DNA from: a virus
Lineage: Duplodnaviria; Caudoviricetes
Length of the DNA stretch: 64,000 nt
IMG/VR virus record: IMGVR_UViG_3300009168_000006
Span: 1,015 to 65,014 of that record
Strand: one strand, 5' to 3'
Shown here: piece after piece, positions 63,375 to 64,000 of the stretch
Layout of the letters: the number at the start of each line of letters is the position of its first letter
Position numbering within the stretch: the stretch's first letter is position 1
The notes under the pieces: generated by a model
The model's input: the letters and a program-made list of their open reading frames with translations, nothing else
Told to the model about the DNA's origin: nothing
Databases searched by the model: none
Made by a program: the position numbers and the translations under genes

Positions 63375-64000
63375 GGCGTCTAGTCAGGTAGACGCCCAGC
63401 CGCTGTACCGGCTGTGGCCCCGGCAGCAGGAGGCCATGGCCCTCCTCGGCTTCGGCGTCCCCGGTGACCCCACCGTCAGGACGCGGGAGCCGGTCGAGGA
63501 GATGCTGTACGGAGGCCAAGCGGGTGGAGGCAAGAGCCTGCTCGCCCGGGCGCTGGCCATCACCATGATGACCCTCTGGCCCGGGTGCGAGATCGCCCTC
63601 TTCAGAAGGACGTACCCGGAGTTGGAGGACAGCCACATCCGCCCCATCCTCCGGGAGACCGCGGGCACCGCCTTCACCTACCACGAGGGCAAGCGCGAAC
63701 TGCGGGCGCCCAACGGGTCGCTCTGCCTCTTCCGCTACGCCGACGACGAGAAGGACTTGCGCCACTACCTGTCCGCCGAGTGGGAGGGCCTCATCCTCGA
63801 CGAGGCCACCTCCTTCCCCGGGGACTGGGTCGAGTTCCTCCGCGCGCGCGTGCGGTCAACCCGGCCGGGGTGGCGCCCCGTCGTGCTCTATACGAGTAAC
63901 CCGGGCGGCCCCGGCCACCTCTACTTCAAGGACCACTTCGTCTCCTCCCACCCCGCGGGCGCCGTCTGGCGCGCCCGCGACGAGGACGGCGGGATGGTGC
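63352..64000 (+). CDS. terL: terminase large subunit, N-terminal ATPase part (truncated by the window)
   Basis: MLYGGQAGGGKS (Walker A), LFRRTYPEL, LILDEAT (Walker B) and TSNPGGPGH; TTG start after AGAGG. Confidence 0.92.
   Translation, partial: MTASVGSRASSQVDAQPLYRLWPRQQEAMALLGFGVPGDPTVRTREPVEEMLYGGQAGGGKSLLARALAITMMTLWPGCEIALFRRTYPELEDSHIRPILRETAGTAFTYHEGKRELRAPNGSLCLFRYADDEKDLRHYLSAEWEGLILDEATSFPGDWVEFLRARVRSTRPGWRPVVLYTSNPGGPGHLYFKDHFVSSHPAGAVWRARDEDGGMV

Larger units (their letters stand above)
435..63393. repeat. dispersed 16-bp palindromic motif GTCTA-N6-TAGAC (~25-30 copies including variants)
   Basis: Exact copies start at 435, 4544, 7175, 9583, 14532, 16932, 18981, 25136, 29513, 32049, 35519, 42782, 46182, 56078, 58282, 59705 and 63378; near matches elsewhere. 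Confidence 0.9.

Noticed and set aside
435-63393. Amber (TAG) recoding suggested by frequent TAG stops
   Set aside because: Conserved genes are full length under the standard code; the TAG excess comes from the 16-bp palindrome.

Overview
This window is an almost complete, high-GC, tailed dsDNA phage genome, probably about 65 kb. The terminase large subunit starts at 63352 and runs off the right edge, and 3-146 may be its C-terminus. The + strand (563-35885) carries a podovirus-like morphogenesis and lysis block: portal, three very large putative ejection proteins, scaffold, capsid, three paralogous tail fibres, adaptor, nozzle, M23 endolysin and holin-like genes. The - strand (35848-60846) carries early/middle genes: helicase, Rad52-like annealing protein, ParB-like protein, DUF932, and HNH and VRR-NUC nucleases. 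I saw no integrase, DNA polymerase or tRNA. The main finding is a standalone Cas7/RAMP-like gene (40507-41373, -) followed downstream by a ~2.95 kb non-coding array of about 65-70 units. Each unit has a short CCGAC handle plus degenerate CCN-NN pentamers, and unit lengths step by ~5 nt. This looks like a non-CRISPR RNA-guided system, similar to VIPR but with a different, C-rich motif. Other signals are a 16-bp palindrome GTCTA-N6-TAGAC present ~25-30 times, a five-copy covarying RNA structure ahead of early genes, a ~900-nt hairpin-dense candidate ncRNA, and a dual-coded 1.3 kb stretch in the lysis region. All family assignments come from motif recognition by eye, with no database searches.
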